Source: Desulfotomaculum sp. (GTDB lineage: Bacteria; Bacillota; Desulfotomaculia; Desulfotomaculales; Nap2-2B). From it: a DNA stretch of 64,000 nucleotides. Shown here piece by piece: positions 44,131-55,378 of this stretch. Numbering within the stretch: the stretch's first letter is position 1; each line of letters begins with the position of its first letter. Under the pieces are notes generated by a model. It was not told where the DNA came from. It saw only the letters and a program-made list of their open reading frames with translations, and searched no databases. The DNA lies in NCBI GenBank assembly GCA_003485325.1, contig DMZI01000041.1:13289-77288 (forward strand), written 5' to 3'. A program made the position numbers and the translations under genes.

Positions 44131-45327
44131 TCAAATGCTTCTTTCCTTTACCCTCAACATATATGCATCATAATTTTTTTTCATCTCGTCAACTGTATCA
44201 CCGCCAAATTTGTCCGTTAAGGCAACCGACAGTTCCCATGCTACGGCAGCTTCCCCGATTACGCTGGCTGCGGGCACAGAACAGGTATCAGCCCTTTCCA
44301 CAGAAGCCAGTTGGGATTCATGGGTCAGCAAGTCCACGCTGTGCAACGGTTTATACAGTGTTGGAATTGGTTTTACGGCCGCTCTTACAATTAAAGGTTC
44401 CCCGTTGGTCACGCCCCCCTCCAGTCCACCCGCACGGTTTGTCTGACGATAAAATCCCTTTCCCTTTCTGTGATAGATTTCATCGTGCGCTAAAGAACCG
44501 GGTAAACAGGAAGCAGCAAAACCGAGTCCGATTTCCACTCCCTTTATTGAAGGTATACTCATCAGCGACCTGGCCAGGTTTCCGTCCAGCCTCCTGTCCC
44601 ATTGTACGAAACTGCCCAGACCAGGGGGCAAGCCGAACACACACACTTCAAAAACACCGCCAAGGGAATCCCCTGTTGCCCTGGCATAATCAATCTCCTG
44701 TTTCATGGCCTCTTCAGCTTTTGGATCGGGACAGTAAAACTGCGAACCAGACAGCGCTTCTTTATACATCCGGAGATCAGTCCGCTCCATTTGGCTGGCT
44801 TGCGCATAACCTGACGTTTCACTGATGGTTATACGGCCGATTTGCAGAACATAACCAATTACGATAATATCCAGAGCTTCGAGCAGTTTTTCCGCCACAC
44901 TACCCACCGCAACTCTGGCTGCGGTCTCCCTGGCGCTTGCACGTTCCAGAACATTCCTTATATCCCGCTGGTCATACTTTAATGCGCCGGCGAGATCAGC
45001 ATGCCCCGGCCGGGGGCGGGTAACCATTCTTTGGGCAAGGTCTGCACTTTTGTCGGACGCCATGATTTCTTTCCAGTTTATCCAGTCGCGGTTCTCTATC
45101 TGCAAGGTAATGGGGCTTCCGGTTGTAATACCTCCGCGCACCCCGCTTAAAAAAACAACCTGATCATTTTCAATTGCCATCCGGCCTCCGCGTCCATAAC
45201 CCCCCTGACGTCTGGCAAGCCTTTTATTAATATAGTCCCTGCACAGCGTTAGCCCCGCCGGCAAACCTTCAATTATCGCGGTAAGCGCTGGGCCATGGGA
45301 TTCACCGGAGGTTAAATAACGAAGCAC
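44131..45327 (-). CDS. aroC: Chorismate synthase
   Basis: [28 protein letters not shown]; GTG start at 45327 with AGGAG SD. Confidence 0.97.
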   Translation of the reverse strand: MLRYLTSGESHGPALTAIIEGLPAGLTLCRDYINKRLARRQGGYGRGGRMAIENDQVVFLSGVRGGITTGSPITLQIENRDWINWKEIMASDKSADLAQRMVTRPRPGHADLAGALKYDQRDIRNVLERASARETAARVAVGSVAEKLLEALDIIVIGYVLQIGRITISETSGYAQASQMERTDLRMYKEALSGSQFYCPDPKAEEAMKQEIDYARATGDSLGGVFEVCVFGLPPGLGSFVQWDRRLDGNLARSLMSIPSIKGVEIGLGFAASCLPGSLAHDEIYHRKGKGFYRQTNRAGGLEGGVTNGEPLIVRAAVKPIPTLYKPLHSVDLLTHESQLASVERADTCSVPAASVIGEAAVAWELSVALTDKFGGDTVDEMKKNYDAYMLRVKERSI

Positions 45328-45385
45328 ACATACAACTCCTCTCATTATATAAACAAAGCATAACGAATATGACGTACGTTATTGC

Positions 45386-46264
45386 TCAGTAGACTTGCGC
45401 GTCAAGGAACTCCTCCAGTGATTTGCGCATTATTTCTACAGGAGCCTGTACACCTGTCCAATACTCAAAAGCAAGCACCCCCTGGTACAGAAGCATTCCT
45501 ATTCCGTTAATTACTTTAACCCCTTCGGCCAAACAGGCATTTTTTAAAAATTTGGTTACAGGGGGGTTATAAACCAAATCACAGATAACTTGACCCGGTT
45601 GAAGATATTCAAAAGGAAAATCTAAACAAACATCTTCTTTTGGATACATACCCAGCGGCGTTGCCTGAACAATCAAATCAGCCTTCTTAATGGATTCTTT
45701 AAATTCCGCCCCGGCCCAGAGTGCAGTATCAGCCTTTTTTATTGGAGTCTGCTCAGTTAATAACTGCGCAAGAGCCAGTGCTCTTTCATGTTTTCGGTTG
45801 ACTATGGTCACCGAACGGGCGCCTGATATGGCAAGCTCAACAGCAATGGACCGGGCAGCGCCCCCGGCGCCAACGATAAGCACGGCTTTCCCCGCAGGGA
45901 AAAAATTTGCTTCTTCTTTCAAGGAACGCAAAAAACCGGCTCCGTCTGTATTATAGCCATACAGCTTTCCTTTATTATTGACGATGGTGTTTACGGCGCC
46001 TGCTATTTTAGCTCCGGGTGTTATCTGATCAAGGTAGCAGCATACTTTTTCTTTATGGGGTATGGTAATGTTTACACCAGCCATTCCAAGCGATATAACC
46101 GCTTTCACTGCGCTCTCCAGTTCTGCAGGCGCAACACAATAAGGAACATAAATATAATCAAGCCCCAAAAAAGAAAAAGCTGCATTTTGCATGATTGGCG
46201 AGAATGAGTGTTCGACAGGGCATCCAAAAAGTCCGCAAACACGGGTTGCGCCGCTTATTAACAA
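45386..46264 (-). CDS. aroE: Shikimate dehydrogenase
   Basis: HSFSP, NITIPHK, GAVNT, NTDG.GF, GAGGAA, GMLLYQG. Confidence 0.96.
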   Translation of the reverse strand: MLISGATRVCGLFGCPVEHSFSPIMQNAAFSFLGLDYIYVPYCVAPAELESAVKAVISLGMAGVNITIPHKEKVCCYLDQITPGAKIAGAVNTIVNNKGKLYGYNTDGAGFLRSLKEEANFFPAGKAVLIVGAGGAARSIAVELAISGARSVTIVNRKHERALALAQLLTEQTPIKKADTALWAGAEFKESIKKADLIVQATPLGMYPKEDVCLDFPFEYLQPGQVICDLVYNPPVTKFLKNACLAEGVKVINGIGMLLYQGVLAFEYWTGVQAPVEIMRKSLEEFLDAQVY

Positions 46265-46294
46265 TAAATAAAAACCCCTTTTCTAAGAGTTCCG

Positions 46295-46825
46295 CTATTT
46301 GTGCTGGTATTCAGTGTATATAGGCTGTTTCTTAAATAAATTAAGTACAAGTTTCTCCAACTGCCGGCTGATCAGCCGTGTAGCCCAAAACTCTTTTCCA
46401 TTCATAGGCGCCACAAGTATAGTAAACATACCCAGCCTGTTGCCGCCAAGAATATCCGTAAAGACCTGATCCCCTACAACTGCCGTCTGTTCCGGATAAG
46501 TTCCCAGCAGCTTGAGCGCCTGTCGGAAAGGTTTGCGGCGCGGTTTTACCGCATAACAGATCGCGGGCAAATCTAATTCCCCGGCAAGTTTAAAAACACG
46601 CTTAGCATTATTATTTGAAATGATGCATGCCTTAAAATTGCTGTTGCGGATTTCTTTCAGCCAACTGCTCACTTCGGTTGAAAAGACGTCAGCATTTCGC
46701 GGTATGATCGTATTGTCAAGGTCGAAGAGAATACCCCGAATACCTGCTTTATAAAGGTCATTAACATTAATATCAAACAATGAAGGAACATAAAGTTTGG
46801 GATATAACAACTCGAATATAGACAA
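46295..46825 (-). CDS. yqeG: YqeG family HAD IIIA phosphatase
   Basis: DLDNT, SNN, KP, GDQVFTD. Confidence 0.9.
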   Translation of the reverse strand: MSIFELLYPKLYVPSLFDINVNDLYKAGIRGILFDLDNTIIPRNADVFSTEVSSWLKEIRNSNFKACIISNNNAKRVFKLAGELDLPAICYAVKPRRKPFRQALKLLGTYPEQTAVVGDQVFTDILGGNRLGMFTILVAPMNGKEFWATRLISRQLEKLVLNLFKKQPIYTEYQHK

Positions 46826-46831
46826 ATTAAT

Positions 46832-47452
46832 CTATACTCCTAATATTTTTTTGGCTTTACTCAAGTCTACGGGTGTATTTACGTTAAAGAAAACCTCCAA
46901 GGGATCGGCAAATCGACTGATTTCCCCTTGCTCAATAAATTTTACCCTTACATAAGGCAAAATAGAGGCGGCCTTTAGCTCGCCTCTGTTTAGGCAGGCT
47001 TCGATAGCAGGCAAACATTTCTTGCTGTAAAGAGCATGCAGCGGTTCATAATAGTCATTAACCCTTGGTATAACAATGTCGGAATCCTGATCACCGCTTT
47101 TAAGAATATGTTCCACGAATTTTGGTTCAATAAAAGGCATGTCACAGGCGACAACAAAAACAAACTCATAGGAAGCCGCTTTCAGCGCCGCATGAATTCC
47201 TCCAAGAGGACCGCAATTTTTATATATATCGGAAGCCATGGAAAATTTAAGGTGAGCGTATGATTCTACCTTGTTAGTTATAAGAATTATTTCCTGAAAA
47301 AAAGGCCTGAGTTTATTTATCGTAATTTCGACAAGACTGTCTCTGCCTATATTGATCAAGGCCTTATTTTTACCCATTCGTTTGCTTTTTCCACCGACAA
47401 GAACCGCTGCGCTTGCTGGCTGCAATGATAACTCACACCTTCGTCGTCGCAT
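46832..47452 (-). CDS. mobA: Molybdenum cofactor guanylyltransferase (true start likely ~24 nt downstream of the ORF start)
   Basis: GGKSKRMGKNKA, GPLGGI, ACDMPF, EPLHALY, FFNVNTP.DL. Confidence 0.9.
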   Translation of the reverse strand: MRRRRCELSLQPASAAVLVGGKSKRMGKNKALINIGRDSLVEITINKLRPFFQEIILITNKVESYAHLKFSMASDIYKNCGPLGGIHAALKAASYEFVFVVACDMPFIEPKFVEHILKSGDQDSDIVIPRVNDYYEPLHALYSKKCLPAIEACLNRGELKAASILPYVRVKFIEQGEISRFADPLEVFFNVNTPVDLSKAKKILGV

Positions 47453-47527
47453 ATATTAGGCCTGCGTGAGGAAAATATCTTTCCAGCCGGAAGCGAGACG
47501 TTAAAAATAATACTGAAACTTTAAAAT

Positions 47528-48622
47528 TTAATCGAGATAGTCCTTCAACTTCTTACTCCGGCTGGGATGGCGAAGCTTCCGCAAGGTCTTGGCCTCTATC
47601 TGGCGGATTCTTTCCCTGGTTACGCCAAATCTTTGCCCAACCTCTTCTAGCGTGCGCGCCCGGCCATCATCCAGTCCAAACCGTAAGCGTAACACCTTTT
47701 GTTCCCTGTCTGTTAAAGTTGTTAATACTTCATCCAACTGTTCCCTTAACATAGTAAAGGACGCTTCTTCAGCAGGCGCACTCGCTTCCTGATCTTCTAT
47801 GAAATCGCCAAGATGTGAATCTTCTTCCTCTCCTATTGGGGTTTCCAAAGAAACAGGTTCCTGGGCTATTTTTAAGATATCCCTTACTTTCTCTTCCGAT
47901 ATATTCATTTCCATGGCAATCTCTTCCGGCGTTGGCTCCCTGCCCAATTCCTGCAGAAGCTGACGGGATACCCTGACCAGCTTATTTATGGTTTCAACCA
48001 TATGCACCGGGATACGTATAGTTCTGGCCTGATCAGCTATAGCTCTGGTAATCGCCTGGCGAATCCACCATGTGGCATATGTGCTGAATTTATAACCCTT
48101 CCTGTAGTCGAACTTTTCTACGGCTTTTATTAAACCCATATTCCCTTCCTGGATCAGGTCAAGGAAAAGCATTCCTCGTCCCACATAACGCTTCGCTATG
48201 CTCACAACCAGGCGCAGGTTTGCCTCAGCAAGACGCCTTTTAGATTCTTCATCACCATTTTCCATGCGCTTTGCCAGTTCGACTTCTTCCTCCGGGGTCA
48301 GTAAAGGAACCCTTCCTATCTCTTTGAGGTACATACGCACAGGATCATCTATGCTTACACCCTCAGGAACACTCAGATCAACCTCGACTTCTTCAGGCGA
48401 ATTATCCAAAGAAGCAGGGTTGCTTACAGATTCAAGGTCCGGCGTCTCAGGTATTACCTCAATACCCATGCCGGCCAGTTTTTCATATACATCATCAATT
48501 TGCTCGGGTGTAAGATCGGTTCCCTGTAAACCATCCATGATCTCAGTGTAGGTAAGGACTCCTCTCTTTCTACCTTCCTCAATCAGTTCCTTGATGCTGT
48601 CTATTTTAATTTCGTTCCTCAT
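47528..48622 (-). CDS. rpoD: Primary sigma factor RpoD/SigA
   Basis: [40 protein letters not shown]. Confidence 0.99.
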   Translation of the reverse strand: MRNEIKIDSIKELIEEGRKRGVLTYTEIMDGLQGTDLTPEQIDDVYEKLAGMGIEVIPETPDLESVSNPASLDNSPEEVEVDLSVPEGVSIDDPVRMYLKEIGRVPLLTPEEEVELAKRMENGDEESKRRLAEANLRLVVSIAKRYVGRGMLFLDLIQEGNMGLIKAVEKFDYRKGYKFSTYATWWIRQAITRAIADQARTIRIPVHMVETINKLVRVSRQLLQELGREPTPEEIAMEMNISEEKVRDILKIAQEPVSLETPIGEEEDSHLGDFIEDQEASAPAEEASFTMLREQLDEVLTTLTDREQKVLRLRFGLDDGRARTLEEVGQRFGVTRERIRQIEAKTLRKLRHPSRSKKLKDYLD

Positions 48623-50421
48623 ACTGCTCTTTCTCCCTCTCTTGAGCGGGTCGAAATTCCCCTATCAAACTCTAAGAGTTCCTGAAGTTCCTGCAATATA
48701 GCCGCCGTCCGCTGATTATCCTGTGCTTTTTCTGCTCTGGCAAGCTCCTGCAAAAGGTGGACTCTTTTCAACCTTCTTTGATTAGCTTTTAAAGAAGTTA
48801 TAAGATCAATCAAAATATCCTTGCCCTTTGTCCTTAAGGGGCTATCTATTAACAGGCCGCTTAATACGGTACACTCCTGATCATTAAGCCTGCTCATTAA
48901 ATTTGCCGGATTAAATTCCTGGTTTTGATTAATCAGGAAAAATATTTTATTTAATGTTGGATCCTTCAAAAATTGCTCCCCTAGCTCTTTTTTTACAACA
49001 GGTAGGTATTCGGGTTCTTGTAAAATTATGCTCAATATTTGTTGCTCGGCATTTTCCTGGACATTTAACTGCCTTTGTAGTATATTATGCGTTTTTTTAG
49101 CAATTTTATCCGAAATTGGCCATTTTTTTCGTTGGTTTGTCTGATATCTTCCCAGTTCGCTTTTAACAGCTTCCCAGCTCAGATTAAGATAAGAAGCTAC
49201 AGTCCTGATGCCCTCTTCCTGATCTGCCATATTATCCATTACCGCTATATTGCGAATGACATTATCCAGAATCTGCCTTGTATCTTGATAAGAAAGACTT
49301 GCCTGCCGAAGTTTATATTCCAGCAACGTTTCAGTTTTATTAAGAAGATCCTCCCAACCTTGTCTGCCGTTCAGCCTGATATAATCATCGGGATCTTTCC
49401 CCTGCGGGATACTTATCACCCGGACACGGCCACCCAATTCCTGAAGAAGATCCAAACCACGCAGAGTTGCATTTACACCTGCAGTATCAGCGTCATAGGC
49501 AATAAGAATTTCTTTGGTATAACGGAGCAATGTCCTGCATTGCCCATCAGTCAGGCTTGTTCCCAAGGAAGCAACCGCCCCTGTAAAACCGTACTGGTGA
49601 GCTATTATTACATCCATATAACCTTCCATAACAATTGCAGGTCCGTTTTGCAAAACCGGTCTGGCAAGGTTTAATCCATATAGAACTTGCCCCTTGCTAA
49701 AAACCGGAGTCTGAGGTGAGTTTAGATATTTTGGCAAGCTTTGACCTATTGTCCTTCCGCCAAAGCCAATAACCTGTCCTTGTATATTAAAAATAGGAAA
49801 CATTACCCGCCCGTAAAACCGGTTATGTATGCCCCTATCCCCCTGAACAGCCAGACCAAGTTCAATCAGTTCCCCGGGAAGACACCCTTTGTTTTGCAGA
49901 TTATCCACCAGATCTGTCCAATTCTCCGTCGCATAACCCAGCTGAAAAAGCTCCTGAACCCTTTCTTCCAGACCTCTGTTTTTTAAATATTCCCTGGCTT
50001 GTTTGCCTTCCTGCCGGCTGATCAGGATATTCCTGTAGAAGTCCTTGGCCATTTTATTTATTTCCCAGAAACGTTCCTGACTTCTTGTTTTTTTAATCCT
50101 GCCCGGATCAGCAACAGGCAGAAGCACTCCTGCTTTTGCAGCCAGTTGTCTTACAGCTTCAGGAAAAGTTAGCCCTTCAGAGAGCATGATAAACTTAAAA
50201 ATATCACCTCCCACACCGCAACCGAAACAATGAAAGATCTGTTTTTCGCTGCTGACCGTGAAGGATGGTGTTTTCTCCTGGTGAAAAGGACAGAAACCAA
50301 CATAATTTTTGCCTTTTTTCTCAAGACGTATATATTCACCGATTAATTCAGTAATTTCAATATGTTGGCGGATGGTTTCGACCGTGTCATCTTTTAAGTA
50401 ATTCTCCATTATACAGATCAC
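48619..50421 (-). CDS. dnaG: DNA primase (probable start 50409)
   Basis: CPFH...CFGC Zn finger, KYLNSP, EGYMD, YDADTAG, DPDD. Confidence 0.97.
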   Translation of the reverse strand: MICIMENYLKDDTVETIRQHIEITELIGEYIRLEKKGKNYVGFCPFHQEKTPSFTVSSEKQIFHCFGCGVGGDIFKFIMLSEGLTFPEAVRQLAAKAGVLLPVADPGRIKKTRSQERFWEINKMAKDFYRNILISRQEGKQAREYLKNRGLEERVQELFQLGYATENWTDLVDNLQNKGCLPGELIELGLAVQGDRGIHNRFYGRVMFPIFNIQGQVIGFGGRTIGQSLPKYLNSPQTPVFSKGQVLYGLNLARPVLQNGPAIVMEGYMDVIIAHQYGFTGAVASLGTSLTDGQCRTLLRYTKEILIAYDADTAGVNATLRGLDLLQELGGRVRVISIPQGKDPDDYIRLNGRQGWEDLLNKTETLLEYKLRQASLSYQDTRQILDNVIRNIAVMDNMADQEEGIRTVASYLNLSWEAVKSELGRYQTNQRKKWPISDKIAKKTHNILQRQLNVQENAEQQILSIILQEPEYLPVVKKELGEQFLKDPTLNKIFFLINQNQEFNPANLMSRLNDQECTVLSGLLIDSPLRTKGKDILIDLITSLKANQRRLKRVHLLQELARAEKAQDNQRTAAILQELQELLEFDRGISTRSREGERAV

Positions 50422-50488
50422 CTTTGGAGACGTTTTTCATAAAATTTTCAAGACGCCGGCGCTACAGCATTTAGTTATCTTACTTAAA

Positions 50489-50517
50489 TTATTCGCTATT
50501 TTTATATTATTTCCTTC
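50489..50517 (-). promoter_or_regulatory. sigmaH-type promoter upstream of dnaG-sigA
   Basis: GAAGGAAAT-N11-AGCGAATAA fits RNAGGAWWW-N11/12-RNNGAATWW. Confidence 0.55.
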
Positions 50518-50557
50518 CCTATTCTACAATTTTTTGTCTGTTCTTCCGCTTTAAGAA

Positions 50558-51556
50558 TTATACAGAAAAAGCACTGGGGATAAATAACCTTGTAAACTGC
50601 AAAACTGCATACCTGTCAGTCATACCGGCTATATAATCACAAACTGCCCTTTCGGCGCCAAGCTCTTTTGCTTTTTGCCTGTGTTCGTCAGGCAAATAGT
50701 GGGGATAGTCTGTCAAATATTTAAAGAGGTATTGAACCACATGAATAGCCTTTTTCTCTTCTTTTTTTGCCTCTGACCCGATATAGACCCTGTCAAAAAG
50801 AAAAGCTCTCAGTTCATCCATGCTCTGTTGGATCTCACTGCTTAAAGCAATCGCGGATTTTTGCCAGCTTGATCCAATCAGGTCAGCTACAAGGCAATTA
50901 ATGCGCTCGCGATGTGTATATCCCAATTTTTGAAGACAATTCACCGGTAAATCTGAAACTGAGAGAATACCTCCCCTGATCGCGTCGTCGATATCATGGT
51001 TTATATAGGCTATTCGGTCACAAATTCTGACGACCTGACCCTCCAGGGTTACGGGCAGTGTGCTGCCAGTATGATTTAAAATTCCATCCCTAACCTCCCA
51101 GGTAAGGTTAAGGCCTGTTCCACCTTCCAAACTGTCAACTACCCTCAGACTTTGTTCGTTATGTTTAAAACCTTCCCGGAACACTTCGTTAAGAGCCTCC
51201 TCACCAATGTGGCCAAAGGGCGTGTGTCCGAGATCATGCCCGAGTGAAATTGCTTCAGTAAGATCTTCATTAAGCAGTAATGCTTTGGCAACCGTACGCG
51301 CAATCTGTGATACTTCCAAAGTATGTGTCAGCCTTGTACGGTAATGATCTCCTTCAGGAATTATGAAAACCTGTGTTTTCCCTTTTAACCTTCGAAAACT
51401 TTTCGAATGGATTATACGATCTCGATCCCGCTGAAAATCGGTACGCACCCTGCAAGGCTGCTCAATTTGAAGACGCCCCCGGCTTGAACGGCTTCGTGAC
51501 GCATAAGGCGAAAGATACCTTTCTTCAAAATCCTCTGCACGCAACCTTATTTCCAT
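50558..51556 (-). CDS. dgt: Deoxyguanosinetriphosphate triphosphohydrolase-like HD protein
   Basis: FQRDRDRIIHS, RTRLTHTLEV, HDLGH.PFGH, DYIAGMTD. Confidence 0.93.
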   Translation of the reverse strand: MEIRLRAEDFEERYLSPYASRSRSSRGRLQIEQPCRVRTDFQRDRDRIIHSKSFRRLKGKTQVFIIPEGDHYRTRLTHTLEVSQIARTVAKALLLNEDLTEAISLGHDLGHTPFGHIGEEALNEVFREGFKHNEQSLRVVDSLEGGTGLNLTWEVRDGILNHTGSTLPVTLEGQVVRICDRIAYINHDIDDAIRGGILSVSDLPVNCLQKLGYTHRERINCLVADLIGSSWQKSAIALSSEIQQSMDELRAFLFDRVYIGSEAKKEEKKAIHVVQYLFKYLTDYPHYLPDEHRQKAKELGAERAVCDYIAGMTDRYAVLQFTRLFIPSAFSV

Positions 51557-51794
51557 ATCATTCCACTTCTTTAATCATGATAAAAACACCCCCGGAACAT
51601 AAAAAACCGGAGGCTAAATTTTTCTTAAATAATAATACGTTATAATATATCCATCTTCCTTCCTGGTTCATAAAAAAATAAAAAATTTACCGATAAATTT
51701 GCTATAACATATCTCAAACATGGTAAATAATTTAAAAAAACTGGTTGGACAAAACATGTTCAATTTAGTATTTTTTAAAAGAGGGTGATAAGTT

Positions 51795-53042
51795 ATGGAA
51801 CATATTATCTTGCCGAAGGAAAATTATTATCTCCTGGCAGGCACACTAATTGGCAAGGACGGAAAATTAAAAGGCAGCAACATGCTTTTATACATTCGAA
51901 ATAAGGTTATTAAGGATATATATGGCCCGGTCCCTCTTGAACAAACTCTTTTCCTTTCCGGCAGAAAAAGAGAACCTGGAGATCTTTTGCGCACGATTTG
52001 TGAGATTACCAAAGAAGAAGATATTGGTAATTCTTCTTTTCTCGACTGTTCAGCTTTTACTGTAATGCCTGGTCTGGTTGACTGCCACGTCCACCTTGCG
52101 TTTGACGGTGTAGATGCCGCAAAGGCAACGGCCAGCTGGAACGAACCTGAAAGCATTCAGCCTTTGGCGGCTTCGAGGTTTGAGAGCCTGATTTCAAACG
52201 GTATCCTGGCTATCCGGGACGGCGGTGACCAGGCGGGAATTAACCTGATGTTAAGAAAAATAACACAGGAGAAAGAAATACCCGGTCCATCTATAACCGC
52301 TACAGGAAATGCCCTGCGTAGGCGGAACAGTTATGGATCCCTTCTGGATGAGAACGCTGATGAAGATAATGTAGCAAGGCTTGCCCTTGCCGGAGTCGAT
52401 CAGATTAAAGTTGTTACTTCAGGCCTGGTAAGCATAAAAGAATACGGCAGGGTGGGGCCTTTACATTTCTCTTTTGAAGATTTACAGTTCATTGTTAACA
52501 AAGCGCACTCCCTGGGCTTAAAGGTAATGGCCCATGCTGATTCGGACCAGGCAGTCGATATGTCCTTGAAGGCGGGTATTGACTCAATAGAACATGGTTA
52601 TTATATCAGCCGGGAATCAATGTTAAAAATGGCCGAACTTCAAAGGTGCTGGGTGCCTACTCTCATGCCTGTTTATATATGGACAATTGTCGCCAGTGTT
52701 GATCCGAAGTATCAGGGTATAGCCGAAAGAATTTACCGCCGGCACCAGGAGATGATCAAACAAGCTTTTGATATGGGGATAACCGTCGGGGTGGGCACTG
52801 ATTCCGGGTCACCTTCAATAAAACACGGGGAGCTTTATTATAAGGAGCTTGAGCTATACAGTGAAGCAGGGCTGTCAACCGAACAAATCGTCAGGGCGGC
52901 TACGACCAACGGGTCATCTATTACCGGAAATAGCCCCGGCATTCTAAAAGGCCACCCGGCCAACCTCCTCGTCCTGGAGGAAAATCCTCTCCAAGAAGGC
53001 ATTTCCGCCTTTAAAAGAATAAAATATACTCTGCACGGATAG
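51795..53042 (+). CDS. Metal-dependent amidohydrolase (imidazolonepropionase/M38-like), substrate unknown
   Basis: PGLVDCHVH, IKV, AHA, IEHG, GTDSG, AT.NG motifs. Confidence 0.85.
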   Translation: MEHIILPKENYYLLAGTLIGKDGKLKGSNMLLYIRNKVIKDIYGPVPLEQTLFLSGRKREPGDLLRTICEITKEEDIGNSSFLDCSAFTVMPGLVDCHVHLAFDGVDAAKATASWNEPESIQPLAASRFESLISNGILAIRDGGDQAGINLMLRKITQEKEIPGPSITATGNALRRRNSYGSLLDENADEDNVARLALAGVDQIKVVTSGLVSIKEYGRVGPLHFSFEDLQFIVNKAHSLGLKVMAHADSDQAVDMSLKAGIDSIEHGYYISRESMLKMAELQRCWVPTLMPVYIWTIVASVDPKYQGIAERIYRRHQEMIKQAFDMGITVGVGTDSGSPSIKHGELYYKELELYSEAGLSTEQIVRAATTNGSSITGNSPGILKGHPANLLVLEENPLQEGISAFKRIKYTLHG

Positions 53043-53065
53043 TTCTAACTTTCAGCTGAAGCTTT

Positions 53066-54451
53066 TTACCGGCTCTTTGGAGAACAGAGAACACTAATTA
53101 CCGTGGCCAGAGCCGAAACAAGCAGCGCCGCAAAAAAAGCGTCCTTTATACCATATAGAAATGCCAGATGAAAAGCGCTTTCCTGATAGAAAGCCTGCCG
53201 CGCATTCAACACAGCGCCACCAAGGGCGATCCCGAAGACCATACCGATATTACGGGTTGTTGAAAAAACACCGCCTGCTATACCAAGCCGGTTCTTAGGC
53301 ACGGAACCCATCACGGCGCTTGTATTTGGCGACTGGAATAAGCCTGTTCCAAAACCAAAGATAGCCAGCCTCAGGGATACGTCGGCAGGTGTGGAATACT
53401 GACTGAGTGTAAACATCGATCCTGCGGATAAAGTGCATAACAGAGAACCAAGAAAAAAGAGCCAGCGCTGTCCGAATCTATCTGAAAGAGCCCCTGAGAT
53501 AGGAGCAACAACCAGAACTGTTAATGGAAAAGCTACCATGGTAAGTCCTGAACGGGAAGCAGAATAACCCAAAACTTTTTGCAAAAAAAAAGGGCATAGA
53601 AAGACAATAATATACTGTGTCATAAAATTAAGCAGGGCTGCTCCGTTCCCTGCGGAAAAAACCCTGCTTTTGAATAAAATCAAATCAAGCATCGGCTCGG
53701 GTATGCTTGACTCAAGCCGGATGAATAGCAACAAAAGTACAACAGCCGCCGCGCCTATAATAAAAATTAGTGCCGACCAATGGTAAGACTCTCCCTCACT
53801 GGCAAAAAACAACAGGGATGAAAGAGCGCCAAAAGCCAGAACAGATCCCTTCCAGTCAAAGTGCGCTTTTGCTTTTTCACCGTTTTCAGGGATTAAGTTA
53901 TAACTCCAAAGACAGGCAATAATTCCCACGGGAACATTTACGAAAAATATTGTCCGCCAACCAATTGAATCAACTAATAAGCCACCCAATACAGGCCCGG
54001 CGGCCAGTCCGAGCGCGACTACCATTGCGTTTATTCCCAATGCGCGGCCGCGTTCTTTTTGGGGAAAAACAGCGGTGATTATTGACGGCACCAAAGACAT
54101 GCTTAAACCGGCGCCTACGGCCTGAAAAGCACGCAGAATAACCAAGGTTATCAAATTGGGAGCCAGGCCGCATAAAGCTGAGGCAACAACAAAAATTAGC
54201 AATCCGGCCAGATAGATTCGCTTAAATCCGAAAATGTCCCCCAGTCTGCCAAAGGAAAGTAGAAAACTCCCCATTACAAGCAAGTACGACATTGAAACCC
54301 ATCCGACAGATGAAGGAAGCGCATGAAAAACTTCCCCTATCACGGGAAGCGCAATATAAACTATGCTGGCATCCAGCGGCCCCATCACAGTACCCGCCAG
54401 GACAGCAGCCAGTACAGACCACCTGTTTTCTTGCCCTGCCGGATCAGCCAT
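53066..54451 (-). CDS. MFS transporter, DHA2 (EmrB/QacA-like, 14-TM)
   Basis: LDASIV..ALP, GRLGD.FG.KR, RAFQAVG, GP.LGG.L, IFFVNVP.G. Confidence 0.9.
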   Translation of the reverse strand: MADPAGQENRWSVLAAVLAGTVMGPLDASIVYIALPVIGEVFHALPSSVGWVSMSYLLVMGSFLLSFGRLGDIFGFKRIYLAGLLIFVVASALCGLAPNLITLVILRAFQAVGAGLSMSLVPSIITAVFPQKERGRALGINAMVVALGLAAGPVLGGLLVDSIGWRTIFFVNVPVGIIACLWSYNLIPENGEKAKAHFDWKGSVLAFGALSSLLFFASEGESYHWSALIFIIGAAAVVLLLLFIRLESSIPEPMLDLILFKSRVFSAGNGAALLNFMTQYIIVFLCPFFLQKVLGYSASRSGLTMVAFPLTVLVVAPISGALSDRFGQRWLFFLGSLLCTLSAGSMFTLSQYSTPADVSLRLAIFGFGTGLFQSPNTSAVMGSVPKNRLGIAGGVFSTTRNIGMVFGIALGGAVLNARQAFYQESAFHLAFLYGIKDAFFAALLVSALATVISVLCSPKSR

Positions 54452-54503
54452 TATTACTATTAAATACCTTCCTGATTTTTTCTGTGAAAAGTTTTTGAAT
54501 GGT

Positions 54504-55340
54504 TCAAATCAATTCCAGCCCGATGTCCAGGGCGCGTGCGGAATGTGTAAGGTAACCGACAGAAATAAGGTCGACACCCGTCTGCGCTACAGATACGACA
54601 GTTTGTTCAGTAATGCCTCCGGAAGCTTCCAGCAAAACTTTCCCGGCTACAAGTTCAACAGCCTGACTCATTTCGGAAACAGACATATTATCAAGCATAA
54701 TAATATCCACCCCTGCCAAAAGGGCTTCACTAACCCCGGCGAGATCGTCAACCTCAACTTCTATTTTCATGGCAAAGGGAGCGGATGCTTTTATAAGCTC
54801 TACAGCGCGGCTGATACTGCCGGCGACTTTCAAGTGGTTATCTTTGATTAACACCGCATCATATAAACCAAAGCGGTGGTTAACGCCCCCCCCTGCACGA
54901 ACAGCGTATTTTTCTAAAATCCTCAGCCCGGGAGCAGTCTTTCGCGTATCAACTATTTTAGACTTATATTTATCAACAAGGGTTACCAGCTTTGATGTCT
55001 GTGTGGCGATTCCTGAAAGACGCTGCATGAAATTCAGGGCAACCCGCTCGCCTTTCAAGATACACCGCCCGCTTCCTCGAACACTTGCCAGTAACTGCCC
55101 CTGCTCCACCCGCTGTCCGTCAGAAAAGTGGCAGGAAAAAGCAATATCCGGGTCAAGCATATTAAAAACTGCTCCGGCTACAGGTAATCCGGCAACAACC
55201 CCTAGTTCACCCGCATGAATAAGCGCACAGACCTCTTCATCAATCCCAACTATACTGTCTGTTGTAATATCTCCGCTACCGATATCCTCTTCCAACGCTC
55301 TTTCAATTATTTTCCTCAAAGCAACCAGATCAAAAGACAT
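54504..55340 (-). CDS. nadC: Quinolinate phosphoribosyltransferase
   Basis: EDIGSGDIT, DTRKTAPGLR, HRFGL.D, LIKDNH, LDNM, EASGG; start at 55340 after AAGGAG. Confidence 0.96.
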   Translation of the reverse strand: MSFDLVALRKIIERALEEDIGSGDITTDSIVGIDEEVCALIHAGELGVVAGLPVAGAVFNMLDPDIAFSCHFSDGQRVEQGQLLASVRGSGRCILKGERVALNFMQRLSGIATQTSKLVTLVDKYKSKIVDTRKTAPGLRILEKYAVRAGGGVNHRFGLYDAVLIKDNHLKVAGSISRAVELIKASAPFAMKIEVEVDDLAGVSEALLAGVDIIMLDNMSVSEMSQAVELVAGKVLLEASGGITEQTVVSVAQTGVDLISVGYLTHSARALDIGLELI

Positions 55341-55378
55341 TACAAAAAACTCCTTCTTATGTGACAATATTACCTTAA

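Noticed and set aside
22532-50000. Long plus-strand ORFs antisense to tuf, fusA, rpoC, thrS, aroKB, aroC and dnaG (e.g. 22532-23023, 39597-40151, 43654-44220, 44163-44825, 49087-49674)
   Set aside because: Shadow ORFs fully overlapping well-supported genes, with no recognisable motifs or SDs
54363-55218. Plus-strand ORFs 54363-54851 and 54769-55218
   Set aside because: Antisense shadows of nadC and the MFS gene
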